Origin: Promethearchaeati archaeon
GTDB taxonomy: Archaea; Asgardarchaeota; Heimdallarchaeia; Heimdallarchaeales; Heimdallarchaeaceae
Assembly (NCBI GenBank): GCA_013166775.1
Contig: JABLTJ010000004.1
Location: 96,001 to 160,000, forward strand
Reading direction: 5' to 3'
Length of the DNA: 64,000 bases
The translations under genes and the position numbers were made by a program. Below the pieces are notes generated by a model. It searched no databases and had not been told where the DNA came from. It was given only the letters and a program-made list of their open reading frames with translations. Positions 51,433 to 61,300 of this stretch are shown here, one piece after another. The stretch's first letter is position 1, and every line of letters begins with the position of its first letter.

Positions 51433-52413
51433 TCATATCGGAAGATTATTCAGAAACTCTATTCTCTTCTTCTGGATCTCATCTTTGTTTTCTCCTACCC
51501 ACATGAAATGTCCCCCATGAACTTCAAAGAGTTCAGCATGTGCAATGTTTTCTGTTAGGTATTCTGCGTGGTGCCACTTCACGTCATTATCCATTCTGCT
51601 GTATATCAACAATGTAGGAAAGGATATCTGATCAACTGGAATTATATCGATTTTCTCCATCAATCTCACATCGTGTATTAATCCCTTCTTCCTATGGCTT
51701 AGTGGCAAGGTGGTATTGGTTAAATCCCGTACCCACTTCTTTCTGACCTCATCATTCGATACTAATTTCACAAAATCATCCAGTTCACTTTCCTCATACA
51801 ATGTTTCAAGTTTAAGAACAGCTTTGAAACTGGCAGCAAAACTGATTTTCATGAAAACCGCAGTTAACCAACCCGTTAAGTCATCTAATCCTCTCATAAA
51901 AAACAGTCGTGCCCACCCATCCAGCATTCCCTCAGTACTATATTCTGATGCTACTCCAGCCTCCATTATTAGTCCATTTACCCTTTCTGGATACTTATTG
52001 GCGAGGAAAAGAGCAACTGGTCCTCCTGCAGAGGCTCCAACAACCACTACTTTTTCGATATTTAGACTATCCATCAGAGCTACACAAAGGTCAGCCTGTT
52101 CTTCATAGGAGAGAGGATTGAAAGGAGTTCCAAGATATCCCGTCCTGGAGGGTGCCAAGATGGAATAGCCTTGTTTTATTAGATATTCAAGCAGGAATCC
52201 CTGATCATAGCCACCAGGACCGCCATGTAGCACCAAGATTGTTGGACCTTTTCCTGCAAGCTTGTATTCTATCTTACCAAGCTTGGTTTCTGCTACGATC
52301 CCATCTTTCAATGTTGCCAATAATCCATTTTTCCAAGCGTAATAACGGAAGATAATAACAATTAACAAGATGAAAATGATTCCAAGAGTGATTAGTAAGA
52401 CAGTTGATACCAT
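51433..52413 (-). CDS. membrane-anchored alpha/beta hydrolase
   Basis: N-terminal TM, HGGPGG, GASAGG nucleophile elbow, C-terminal GGH. Confidence 0.9.
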   Translation of the reverse strand: MVSTVLLITLGIIFILLIVIIFRYYAWKNGLLATLKDGIVAETKLGKIEYKLAGKGPTILVLHGGPGGYDQGFLLEYLIKQGYSILAPSRTGYLGTPFNPLSYEEQADLCVALMDSLNIEKVVVVGASAGGPVALFLANKYPERVNGLIMEAGVASEYSTEGMLDGWARLFFMRGLDDLTGWLTAVFMKISFAASFKAVLKLETLYEESELDDFVKLVSNDEVRKKWVRDLTNTTLPLSHRKKGLIHDVRLMEKIDIIPVDQISFPTLLIYSRMDNDVKWHHAEYLTENIAHAELFEVHGGHFMWVGENKDEIQKKRIEFLNNLPI

Positions 52414-52472
52414 CTTTGTTCATGTGTATCAATAATTCATCTAAATTAAATATTTCTTACCCTGAATAATCA

Positions 52473-52501
52473 GAAACAGAAAAATGGTTTAAACTATTTA
52501 G
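52473..52501. repeat. 29-bp direct repeat, copy 2 (28/29 identical to 51285-51313)
   Basis: gaaacagaaaaatggtttaaactatttag. Confidence 0.85.
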
Positions 52502-52547
52502 AAAATAGAAGCAGAAAAGATAATGTTTTGAAGTATGAAAATTCTAT

Positions 52548-53198
52548 TTAAACATCCAGTTTTTGTTGCCATTTTTCATCTAACTTGTGAAAAATCTCCT
52601 TGATAAGATCAGACTTGTAACCATAAAATAGATAACAATCAAGCCACTTGTTATGATAAACAATCTCAATAACTGAAAGCTTTTTCCAATTTATTTTTTT
52701 AAAAGGAGGAATATTAAAATTTTTAAGCTCTTTGAAATTTATTCCACTTCTGAATAAAATATACTGAACTGCAGGAATTTCATTATCATTACATGAATCA
52801 TCGATATAATTATCTAGTTCTATTTCTGCTGGAAATCTATGAAACTTTTCCATAGATAAAATAGTTAAAAGACTATATTTCCAGTCGTCTAATTTAAGAG
52901 AATTAGATATAACTAATTCATAGAATGAAGGAAAATTAAAATCAATTTCTCTATACTCTAGGTGATAAGTTTAAATTGTACCATCATCTTCAAAGACATC
53001 TATATCCTCTATTTTCTTATCAATAAATCTCAAAATGATTTCTTGATTTGCACTTCTCGCTACATCAGCTAACCTACCTTCGGAACTAATTCTATCAAGT
53101 GCTATTAGAGAGTTAATTCCTTCACCTTCCCAACCATGGTAAGAAGTCATTTCTGCATCGCTACTAAAGGTATAAACTACTCAAATTTTATCTTTCAT
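52548..53198 (-). pseudogene. 217-codon gene of unknown function broken by two in-frame stops
   Basis: One frame from ATG 53198 to TAA 52548 with TGA at 53181-53183 and TAA at 52971-52973; the ORF-track 101-aa ORF is its last segment. Confidence 0.6.
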
Positions 53199-53256
53199 AA
53201 AATCACTGAATAAAAAATACTAAGCAAATTATAAAGAAAAATGAAGAGAGAAGAGT

Positions 53257-53490
53257 TTACTGATCCACGCAGATCATTGTCATAGTGGAGCGTACTTTCT
53301 CTAAAACTCTAAGGTTTTCAGTCACAATCTTCTTTAAGGAATCAGTGTCGTCAGCTTCTATTTTTGCAATGAGATCATAAACTCCGTAAACAATATGAAC
53401 TTCAACAACGTTTGGCATCTCTTTGAGTTGAGACATTACACTGCTTTCTTCTCCAATTTCACAATTGATCAATATATAGGCTGAAGCCAT
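53257..53490 (-). CDS. stand-alone Lrp/AsnC ligand-binding (RAM) domain protein
   Basis: AYILIN..GEE, EVHIVYGVYDLIAKIE and VRSTMT motifs. Confidence 0.9.
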   Translation of the reverse strand: MASAYILINCEIGEESSVMSQLKEMPNVVEVHIVYGVYDLIAKIEADDTDSLKKIVTENLRVLEKVRSTMTMICVDQ

Positions 53491-53661
53491 CTTTTATTTC
53501 ACCATTAAAGAGAATTAATCCATCGTTTAATAAATTTTCCCTCCAACATCAAAAATGGTTCTGTTACTCACATTTGGAGAATATTATAGTATTTCAAGCC
53601 TAAATAATAGCCATGGAAAGAATTATAATTGTTTAAGCAGCTATTGTGATGAATCATATTT

Positions 53662-54051
53662 ATGGTGAAAACAATGACAGATGTTCAAGAACTTGAAGCT
53701 GTAAAGAGAATTATTATGGATCATTATCATGAAGGTCATGCAAAACATGATTACAAGTATTATGAAGGAGCTTTGCATAAAGAATGGAAATTTTTCTTGC
53801 TAACTCCAGAGGGAAAACTAGCGATTATTGATAAGGAGAAATATTATGCTTGGTATGATCCTAAGGATTATGATGAAAATTTACATTGGGAAACTGAAAT
53901 CTACAATGTAGATATAACAGGTAATGTAGGATCAGCTAAAATTCGACTAGAGTGTGAGAGAGTACAGTACATAGATTACTTCAATCTGATGAAAATTGAA
54001 GGAAAATGGTGGATAGTCCACAAAATTTCTCATGGAAACAAAAAAGAATAA
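53662..54051 (+). CDS. NTF2-like (putative lumazine-binding) protein
   Basis: Y.EG, VDITGNVGSAK and YIDYFNLMKIEGKWWIVHK motifs. Confidence 0.85.
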   Translation: MVKTMTDVQELEAVKRIIMDHYHEGHAKHDYKYYEGALHKEWKFFLLTPEGKLAIIDKEKYYAWYDPKDYDENLHWETEIYNVDITGNVGSAKIRLECERVQYIDYFNLMKIEGKWWIVHKISHGNKKE

Positions 54052-54286
54052 TGTTGCAAAGTAAGGGCTATTCCTCTACTATTTTTTCTAAATTTTTAGC
54101 ATTCTTAATGTTACCTACTAAGTTTTTGGGATTAGGAACAATCCATCTTCTTCTCTTTTTACAAATCCAATAGAACGAATCACGAATCCTTGTTCAAAAT
54201 CATTCATCTTCTATCACTTAACTAGCAAACATCTTTTTTATATTTAAATCTGTATCCAAAAGGTTTCTAGCATCTAGATACTCGAA

Positions 54287-55174
54287 TTATACTAGAGTTG
54301 AAATCATATCTCCAATATAATTGAAAAGAGTTGAATAATGGCCCTCATTTGGATAAAATACTGCATTACAATGAGGGATTGCTTCTGCAAGCTGTCTTCC
54401 AATGCATACAGGAATAAGAGGGTCTAACTCTCCATGCCACACATATATACCTACATTCTTTGGAATTTCTTCTAAATCAAAACCCCAGTGTGTAATGTAT
54501 AATGATCCTTCATCACATACACCCTTTATTCCAAGTGTAAATGCTTCCTTTATCTGGTTCCACATGATATCTAGGATTTCTTCATTTTTGAAAAACTCTA
54601 GATCCTGTTTAGTTAGGATTTTTTCAAATCTGGAATACATTTTTGCCTTTGATCTTTCTTGATTCTTGGAATTAAATGGACGTGCAAAAAAGAACCATAG
54701 AACAATTTTAACTAACCATTTCATTCTTCTTCCAGTAGTTAACAAAAACTTCACATAAGGTGGTACATGGTCTTTGCACATATAAAAAGGACCCAATCCT
54801 GAAACAATTCCCACAGATTTAACACGGTCAGGAATCTTGTATGCACATGCTAAAGCTGAAGCGGCACCTCCTGAAACACCCATAATTGAAAATCTATTCA
54901 AATCCAAATAATCTGCAAGTTCAGCAACATCATCTGGCCATTCTAACAGTTTCCTATTCTTTTTTCGATCGGATAAACCTATACCAGGGCGGTTTACAGA
55001 GATTATTCTAGCATTTGCAATTGGTATCAGAACTTCACCAAATTTGGCTTCAAAGCAAGATCCGGGCCAACCATGAAAATGAAATAATGGTTTAGCTTTT
55101 GGGTTACCTAGTTCAGTATAACATAATGTTCGCCCATCTTGTAATTTGAAGAATCGCATAATACTCTGATCCAT
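54287..55174 (-). CDS. alpha/beta hydrolase
   Basis: FHGWPGS, RPGIGLS, GVSGG, WHGELD and EGH motifs. Confidence 0.92.
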   Translation of the reverse strand: MDQSIMRFFKLQDGRTLCYTELGNPKAKPLFHFHGWPGSCFEAKFGEVLIPIANARIISVNRPGIGLSDRKKNRKLLEWPDDVAELADYLDLNRFSIMGVSGGAASALACAYKIPDRVKSVGIVSGLGPFYMCKDHVPPYVKFLLTTGRRMKWLVKIVLWFFFARPFNSKNQERSKAKMYSRFEKILTKQDLEFFKNEEILDIMWNQIKEAFTLGIKGVCDEGSLYITHWGFDLEEIPKNVGIYVWHGELDPLIPVCIGRQLAEAIPHCNAVFYPNEGHYSTLFNYIGDMISTLV

Positions 55175-55407
55175 TACCTGTCAACCTTATACTTACGCAA
55201 TACAGTTAATGAATTTTTTCCCACTCTAGTTGAAAGAAAAAGAATGTAAAAAAATGGAACCTCTAAAAGGAAGAATTCCAGGAGCAGTAATAGTACCTTT
55301 GAAGGATTGTTGAGATCGAGAAAAATGTAAGAAAAGAAATATATATCCTTTTTTCCAAACTATAAGACAACACAAAGGTTCAACCATCTTTAAATCTGGT
55401 GAAGTAG

Positions 55408-56364
55408 ATGAAAAGAAGTAAATTATTACTAGGAATAATAAGTACACTATTTATTGTTATAATGATTTCAGGAACAACTCAAGCAGTTATTTCCCCATAT
55501 GTTGGAGTAGTGATAGGTGAAGAATTCGAATATGAGATTACAATTTTTCATATTAAACAAGATTTAAACAATGTAAATTATATTAACATAAATCCTTTTG
55601 GAATGGAAGGTAATAAAATAAAAATCAAAGTTGCCGATATAGTTGAGGAGGAGCAGAGTTCTTTTTTGGGAATACCTATGGAAAATCAAACAAAAATTAA
55701 AACAACTGAATCTTTTGCTGGTAAAACGTTTGAAAGTGAATCCTTTCTTGATGATTGGTTCGAAACATTCTTTTTCCTAACTTTCTATTACGAAACAAGT
55801 CCGATTACTTTTAATCCAGAAACATACGAATTCAATGAACCGAAACCTTTTAACGACAGCGATGAAAACTACGAAGGATTACCAGTATTTGCATCAACAA
55901 ACGAGAGTTATTATCAGCAGTTAAACGCATCATTTTCAGAACCTGCTACATTTGTTCCAGTAAAGAATGAAGTAGAAAGAGATTCTCCCTTCCAATTAGC
56001 ATATGAATCATATGAAGTAGGTTATTGGCCAGATAAAAATGAATTTTATCTCAACGTAAGCCTTTATTCGAGTAACACTGGTACAACATCAACTGATATT
56101 GGATGGGATTTAAACATAGGAGTCGATATAGTTACACACATCGATATAGCTAATGGTTTAGTTAAGGATTTAGATTATTCAATAAATGAGTTTATTGCAG
56201 TTGGTACCAATAGCTCGTTGATGAAGGCTAGACAGGCATTCAAGAAAGTAGGAGGAGGAAGACCAACAATTACACTTGATTATAATTTTATAGCACCCTC
56301 CTTAACAATGCTTGGTTTAGTAGCAATAATAGTTACTAGGAAGAAATTAGTAATAAAGAAATAA
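55408..56364 (+). CDS. secreted/cell-surface glycoprotein with C-terminal membrane anchor
   Basis: Signal peptide, acidic beta-rich body with N-x-S/T sequons, C-terminal TM plus basic tail. Confidence 0.75.
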   Translation: MKRSKLLLGIISTLFIVIMISGTTQAVISPYVGVVIGEEFEYEITIFHIKQDLNNVNYININPFGMEGNKIKIKVADIVEEEQSSFLGIPMENQTKIKTTESFAGKTFESESFLDDWFETFFFLTFYYETSPITFNPETYEFNEPKPFNDSDENYEGLPVFASTNESYYQQLNASFSEPATFVPVKNEVERDSPFQLAYESYEVGYWPDKNEFYLNVSLYSSNTGTTSTDIGWDLNIGVDIVTHIDIANGLVKDLDYSINEFIAVGTNSSLMKARQAFKKVGGGRPTITLDYNFIAPSLTMLGLVAIIVTRKKLVIKK

Positions 56365-56429
56365 ATTGGTGCTTCTTTAAGCATGTTTTATTTTTATTTT
56401 TTGATTTAAAGATTCATGTTCTAGCTGTA

Positions 56430-56617
56430 TTATTCTAACCACTTAGTTAAGATTTCACTAGGGTATAATTTCCATGTCTTGCACCTTTGAACACTTCGAA
56501 GGTGACATTAAAATCTTCTTCCTTTAGAGCATCAGCGAATTCCTTAACAGGTTCGAATGCTACAATTCGATCTTCATCTCCATGTAACACTAAGTAATTG
56601 ATATGATTCGCATTTCC
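56430..56617 (-). pseudogene. C-terminal remnant of an alpha/beta hydrolase
   Basis: Start-less frame YLVLHGDEDRIV...FADALKEEDFNVTFEVFKGARH; upstream frame blocked by stops; frameshifted tail. Confidence 0.65.
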
Positions 56618-56870
56618 TCATAAGTGTCGAACATCCCTTTAATTCGACTCTCGAGAGAAGTTAAGCCAGCTGAGCTTAGTTTGAAGAGTATGTGATCATG
56701 AGATTCCTTTACATTTTGGATATTCATAATCTTCATTTGATAATATAAGATCTGTCCATTCTCCCTCCTTAATTTTAAGATCTTTTATGACTTTTATGAA
56801 ATCTAAAATTTAAGAATACTAAAAATATTTTTGCAAATAAATTTAAAAAAAGATTTGACATATATTAGCT

Positions 56871-57641
56871 ATGCCTTTCGTAGACAACAATGGGATTAAA
56901 CTACATTATCAAGTTGAAGGCGAAGGTTCTCCCATAGTTTTACAGCACGGTTTCATGGATTCCATGGATGAATGGTACAGACCAGGATATGTAGATTCAT
57001 TAAAGCAAGAATATCAGCTCATTCTAATAGATCTAAGAGGTCATGGATTAAGTGATAAGCCACACAAAATAGAATCTTACACTCTGAAAATAATAGCTTC
57101 AGACGTCATTGCAGTCATGAATGATTTAAAGATAAATAAAGCACATTTCTGGGGATATTCGATGGGAGGAAATGTTGGGATGGGATTAACAAAATTTTAC
57201 GCAGATAGATTTCTCTCTTTTATTCTGGGGGGAATAACTCCTCAGAGAGTAGATAAGGAAATGGAAGTAAGAGTGAAAAGATATTTAAAGAAGCTCCAAG
57301 GCGGAGCTGAAGCCTTTTTTTCGGGCTTTAGAGATATTGGTATGGAAATAACAAAAGAAATAGAAGAGATTTTCACAAGCTTTGACTATGAAGCTCTCGC
57401 TGCTTTCTGGTGTGGAGATATATTCTATGATAGTGTTGAGAGTCTTCAACAGTTAAAAGTACCTTGTCAATTATATGTGGGAGAAGAAGATGAATGGGGG
57501 CATTATCCAAGAGCAAAAGAAGCTGCTCGGATAATTCCAAATATTGAAGTTGTAACATTTATAGATCAAGGACATGGAGTCCATGAACAAAAGGAATTAG
57601 TTCTTCCAGAAATACTGAAATTCCTTGATAGCATGAAATAA
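56871..57641 (+). CDS. alpha/beta hydrolase
   Basis: HGF, DLRGHGLSDKP, GYSMGG, GEED and GH motifs. Confidence 0.92.
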   Translation: MPFVDNNGIKLHYQVEGEGSPIVLQHGFMDSMDEWYRPGYVDSLKQEYQLILIDLRGHGLSDKPHKIESYTLKIIASDVIAVMNDLKINKAHFWGYSMGGNVGMGLTKFYADRFLSFILGGITPQRVDKEMEVRVKRYLKKLQGGAEAFFSGFRDIGMEITKEIEEIFTSFDYEALAAFWCGDIFYDSVESLQQLKVPCQLYVGEEDEWGHYPRAKEAARIIPNIEVVTFIDQGHGVHEQKELVLPEILKFLDSMK

Positions 57642-57676
57642 GTCATTCTTCCAATCTTATGTTAATAGAGAAAAAA

Positions 57677-58252
57677 CTATTGTTTCTCTAAAAGAATTTC
57701 CTCCATTACTTCAAAGATAGAATCTTCATAAATAGATGTTCCATAGATTTTCACACTTTCTAGTGTATCGAGGTAAAAGATTTCCGAAATTCGTTTGATT
57801 TTTTCCTCTCTTTCCTCTTCTGGAATTAAATCCATTTTATGTACCAGAACTGTAATAGTTGCTCCCATACATATTTTTTCTACACTTTTTAGTGCTAAAG
57901 CAAAATACTCTCGAGCTTGATAATATTCTTCGAATCTTTCTACATCAACAACGTAGAAGAGATAATTTAAATTTGTAAAGATTGTTTCTTCAAGAATATC
58001 GAAAATTTCTTCTAGATAGGCAATCTGTCCCCCAACATCTACTACATAATAATTGAACCCTTTTAGTTGACTATGTTCTCTTGTGTAACGAACTGTAGAA
58101 GGCAAATCTATAGTTTCTTCAGGTTTCATACCCTTAAACACGACTTGTATAATAGAAGTTTTACCTGTATGAGCTAATCCGGTTAAGAGGACCTTATTAC
58201 CAATATCCTCTTCATTTACTTCATCTTTTTTCTCTTGGATTATAAAACTCAT
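57677..58252 (-). CDS. Rag/Gtr1-like small GTPase (G domain only)
   Basis: KVLLTGLAHTGKTSI..VVF, DVGGQ, HKMD (His at G4 is Rag-typical) and TSIYE. Confidence 0.85.
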   Translation of the reverse strand: MSFIIQEKKDEVNEEDIGNKVLLTGLAHTGKTSIIQVVFKGMKPEETIDLPSTVRYTREHSQLKGFNYYVVDVGGQIAYLEEIFDILEETIFTNLNYLFYVVDVERFEEYYQAREYFALALKSVEKICMGATITVLVHKMDLIPEEEREEKIKRISEIFYLDTLESVKIYGTSIYEDSIFEVMEEILLEKQ

Positions 58253-58361
58253 AAAGACAATATGGATTATAATCAATAAAATCTTTTCTACTCACCTGTT
58301 AGTTTAATTGAAATCAATTAATTGTGACATATATTGAAAAGAAGAGAAAAATTTCTATAAT

Positions 58362-61300
58362 TTAATTTGTTTCTTCGATTGCTGCTAGAATTACATGAGT
58401 AGCTCGTCTACGGATTTTCAATATTTGTTCTTTAATCTCGTCAGCAGATTTCTTTACCTCTAAACTAGAGATTAATTCATCTATTTCTTGAAAGATGTAT
58501 TCACTGTAAGTTAAGAGAAGAGTCCCATAATCAGCTTGAGTTATTATAATAATAGAAAGATTCTCAAATCCACCTCTAGCTTTTTTATTCTCAAGCTGAA
58601 TAGCATGTACAAAGCCAACTAGACCTTCATTTGGAAGATTAAGTGCACTAGTTTTTCTTCCTTGATGAATATCTTCAAAACCAAGTGTAGAATAAGCTTG
58701 ATCACATAGCTTTAATAGAAAATTTTCCGTTTCTAAGGCGAATCTACCTGCATAATCATAACTAAATGAATGGTCACTTAAAAGAGGAACGGGGCCTGTT
58801 CTTTGATTAAAAATACTAAGGATAACTCCCGGACAAATTTCATTTAGTTTCATCATTAAATCTTGTGAGGGTATTTTATTGAGATATTTTTCAAATGGTT
58901 TCCTTTTAGTTGAGAAGTAAATAAGCAAAGATACTAGTACAAGTAGAAATATACTCCCACCTATAATAGAATAAAGAAAAACAGGTGATAATCCTGCTTT
59001 GATTGTTTTCACTTCCTCCTCAAAATCAAAGGAGACAAATCCTAAGATATCAGATCCTTGAAAAGATGCTGAGATTGCTATAGATGAAACGTTTTCAGTT
59101 AAGAGAAAGTCTACAATAGCTCTCCCATCTGAACCTGTAGTATCATTAAGCATAGTATAATCATTAAAGTCTTCTCTGGCTGCTTCTACTGTTGATTGAT
59201 CTGATTTGTAGAAAATATATATGATAAAATTTATTTCATAGCCAACAACAGGAGAGCCATCTATGTAAGTGAGAATACCTGTAATGGCAACTGTACTTCC
59301 TTCGACTATTTCCAAATTTGAAACTGATAATGCTAATTTCAGAGGAATAGGTTCGATAGTAATTTCAAATGATAAATTTTCGTTTGTGCTTCCGAAGTAA
59401 AAATCAGATTGAACACCTATTTGTAAAGTAAAATGACCTTTGCAATTTACTTGACTTGATGGAAAATCAAATTGATAATCATAATCAGCAATGTTTCTAA
59501 AACTCATTGAAGTACCATTGACTGAAATTTCAATTATGTTTAAATCATTCATCGATTCATCCTTCAGATTTACATCGATTGTTATATTCTCACCATAAAC
59601 ACATGAATTTTCGCTTGTTTTTAATATTGTTAGACTGCCTTCTTTCTTAATGGTAAAAGAAAATACAACCTCAATCTCATTTGGAGATGTTTCTTCTCCT
59701 GTACAATCTCGTAAGATGATTGTAAGATTATGTAATCCAATTTGTGCTGGAGATTCTATTAACCAAGGATCATTCAAAATCTGTCCATTCTCATCATTCC
59801 AGTAGTAGATAAATATGGATAAATCGCTGCTAGTTGTATTATCGTACCAAAGCTCTGTGCTAATAGTGATATAGTCATAATCCAAAGCATCAACATACTC
59901 TCCTAAATCTTCATCAAAGATATAAAGAGTTGAATCAGGAGGAGTAAAGTCTACTTCAAAGTTAAAGAAATAAGTATTATTGTTACCTACTACATCTTCA
60001 GTATAAATTGCTAAAGTAGCAATATCTCCTGTAGAATAAGGCGCTAAAAGGATTACATCGAAATCACCATTACTATCAAGAATAATTTCAAGTGAGGTCT
60101 CAGGACGAGCATCCCAGTAATATTTAACAAGATCAATAGATTTTTGTGATATATCATCAGCATTGAAAAGAAGACTTGTATAATCATTGATTGATGAATA
60201 CTCAAATGGAAAGGTTAGAGTAATTTCTGGAGCTTGACTATCTATTGTAAGTATATAACTCAATTCAAGTTGATTACCAATAGAATCACTCCCGTTTATA
60301 ATTAATAGACCTTCTCCATCACTATAATCTAAATTAATAGTATCAGTAAAGATTTGATAGAGAGAACCATCCCATGAATAAGTTAAGATGAAAATAGGAT
60401 CATCATCTGTTGCAGAGATCACAATAGTAGAACCATAAGGGACATACATGCTAGCATCAGGTAAAGTAACTAAGCCCTCAATACTCTCAACTATAATTAC
60501 TGGAGCAGAAGAATCAATATAGAATTCAATAAACTGAGATACACTATTACCTGCAATGTCAAAGACGTAAAGAGTAAAATTATGTAAACCATCTAAAAAT
60601 GGTGATAAATCTAAAAGGTAAGGATCATTCAAAGTAATATTAGAAGATCCATCAATGGAAATAAGAACAATTAATTCTGGGATTTCTGTAGCGTTATCAC
60701 TCAAAATAAAGATAAGATCTTCTGTATTTTTAAAACGTTCATTATTATAAATTAAAATACTGGAATCAATGACAGGATTTTCTGTATCAATTCTGAATTC
60801 ATAAACAAACATGTGTTCTTTATTATCTATATCACCTACTAAGATAGTGAGGTAATGATAGAAAGAAATATCTGAGGGGAGAGTGTGTATTCCATCAAGT
60901 GTAAGAATCTGACTAACAAGAAAGGGAATACCATCATTAAAAATTCCATCATCCCATTTGAAGAGAACAGTACCATTGGTTCCACTTATTGTTACTTCAA
61001 CAATATCTCCTCCTTGATACCAGGATTCATCTTGCATTGTCCTTAATTCTACTAAAAGAGTTTCACTACTTACATTGAATCTAAACATTTGTAAAATGAA
61101 ATGTCCAAAAATATCCTCTGCAGTAACTGTGAGATTGTTGAACCCTTCTGTTTCTGGTAAGTATGTTTGATATATTGTGTCAACACTCGGAGTCCATGGT
61201 AAAAAGATGTTATCATTCCATTTATAATTGATTTCCAAATTTGTTGAGAAGTCTGTAATAATCACTTCAATTAATTTTCCAGCAGCTTGTTTCGTATCAT

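Noticed and set aside
49209-53183. Stop-codon recoding (selenocysteine or alternative code) for the in-frame stops
   Set aside because: Two of three stops are TAA, none is at a Cys-motif position, and TAA/TGA terminate normal genes throughout the window
54118-54207. 29-aa minus-strand ORF faintly like a TsaA N-terminus (FVIRSIGFV)
   Set aside because: Too short for a family call; at most a remnant
55254-55313. Peptide KGRIPGAVIVPL resembling the rhodanese GHIPGA motif
   Set aside because: Only 19 codons with no flanking domain; possible remnant but unsupported
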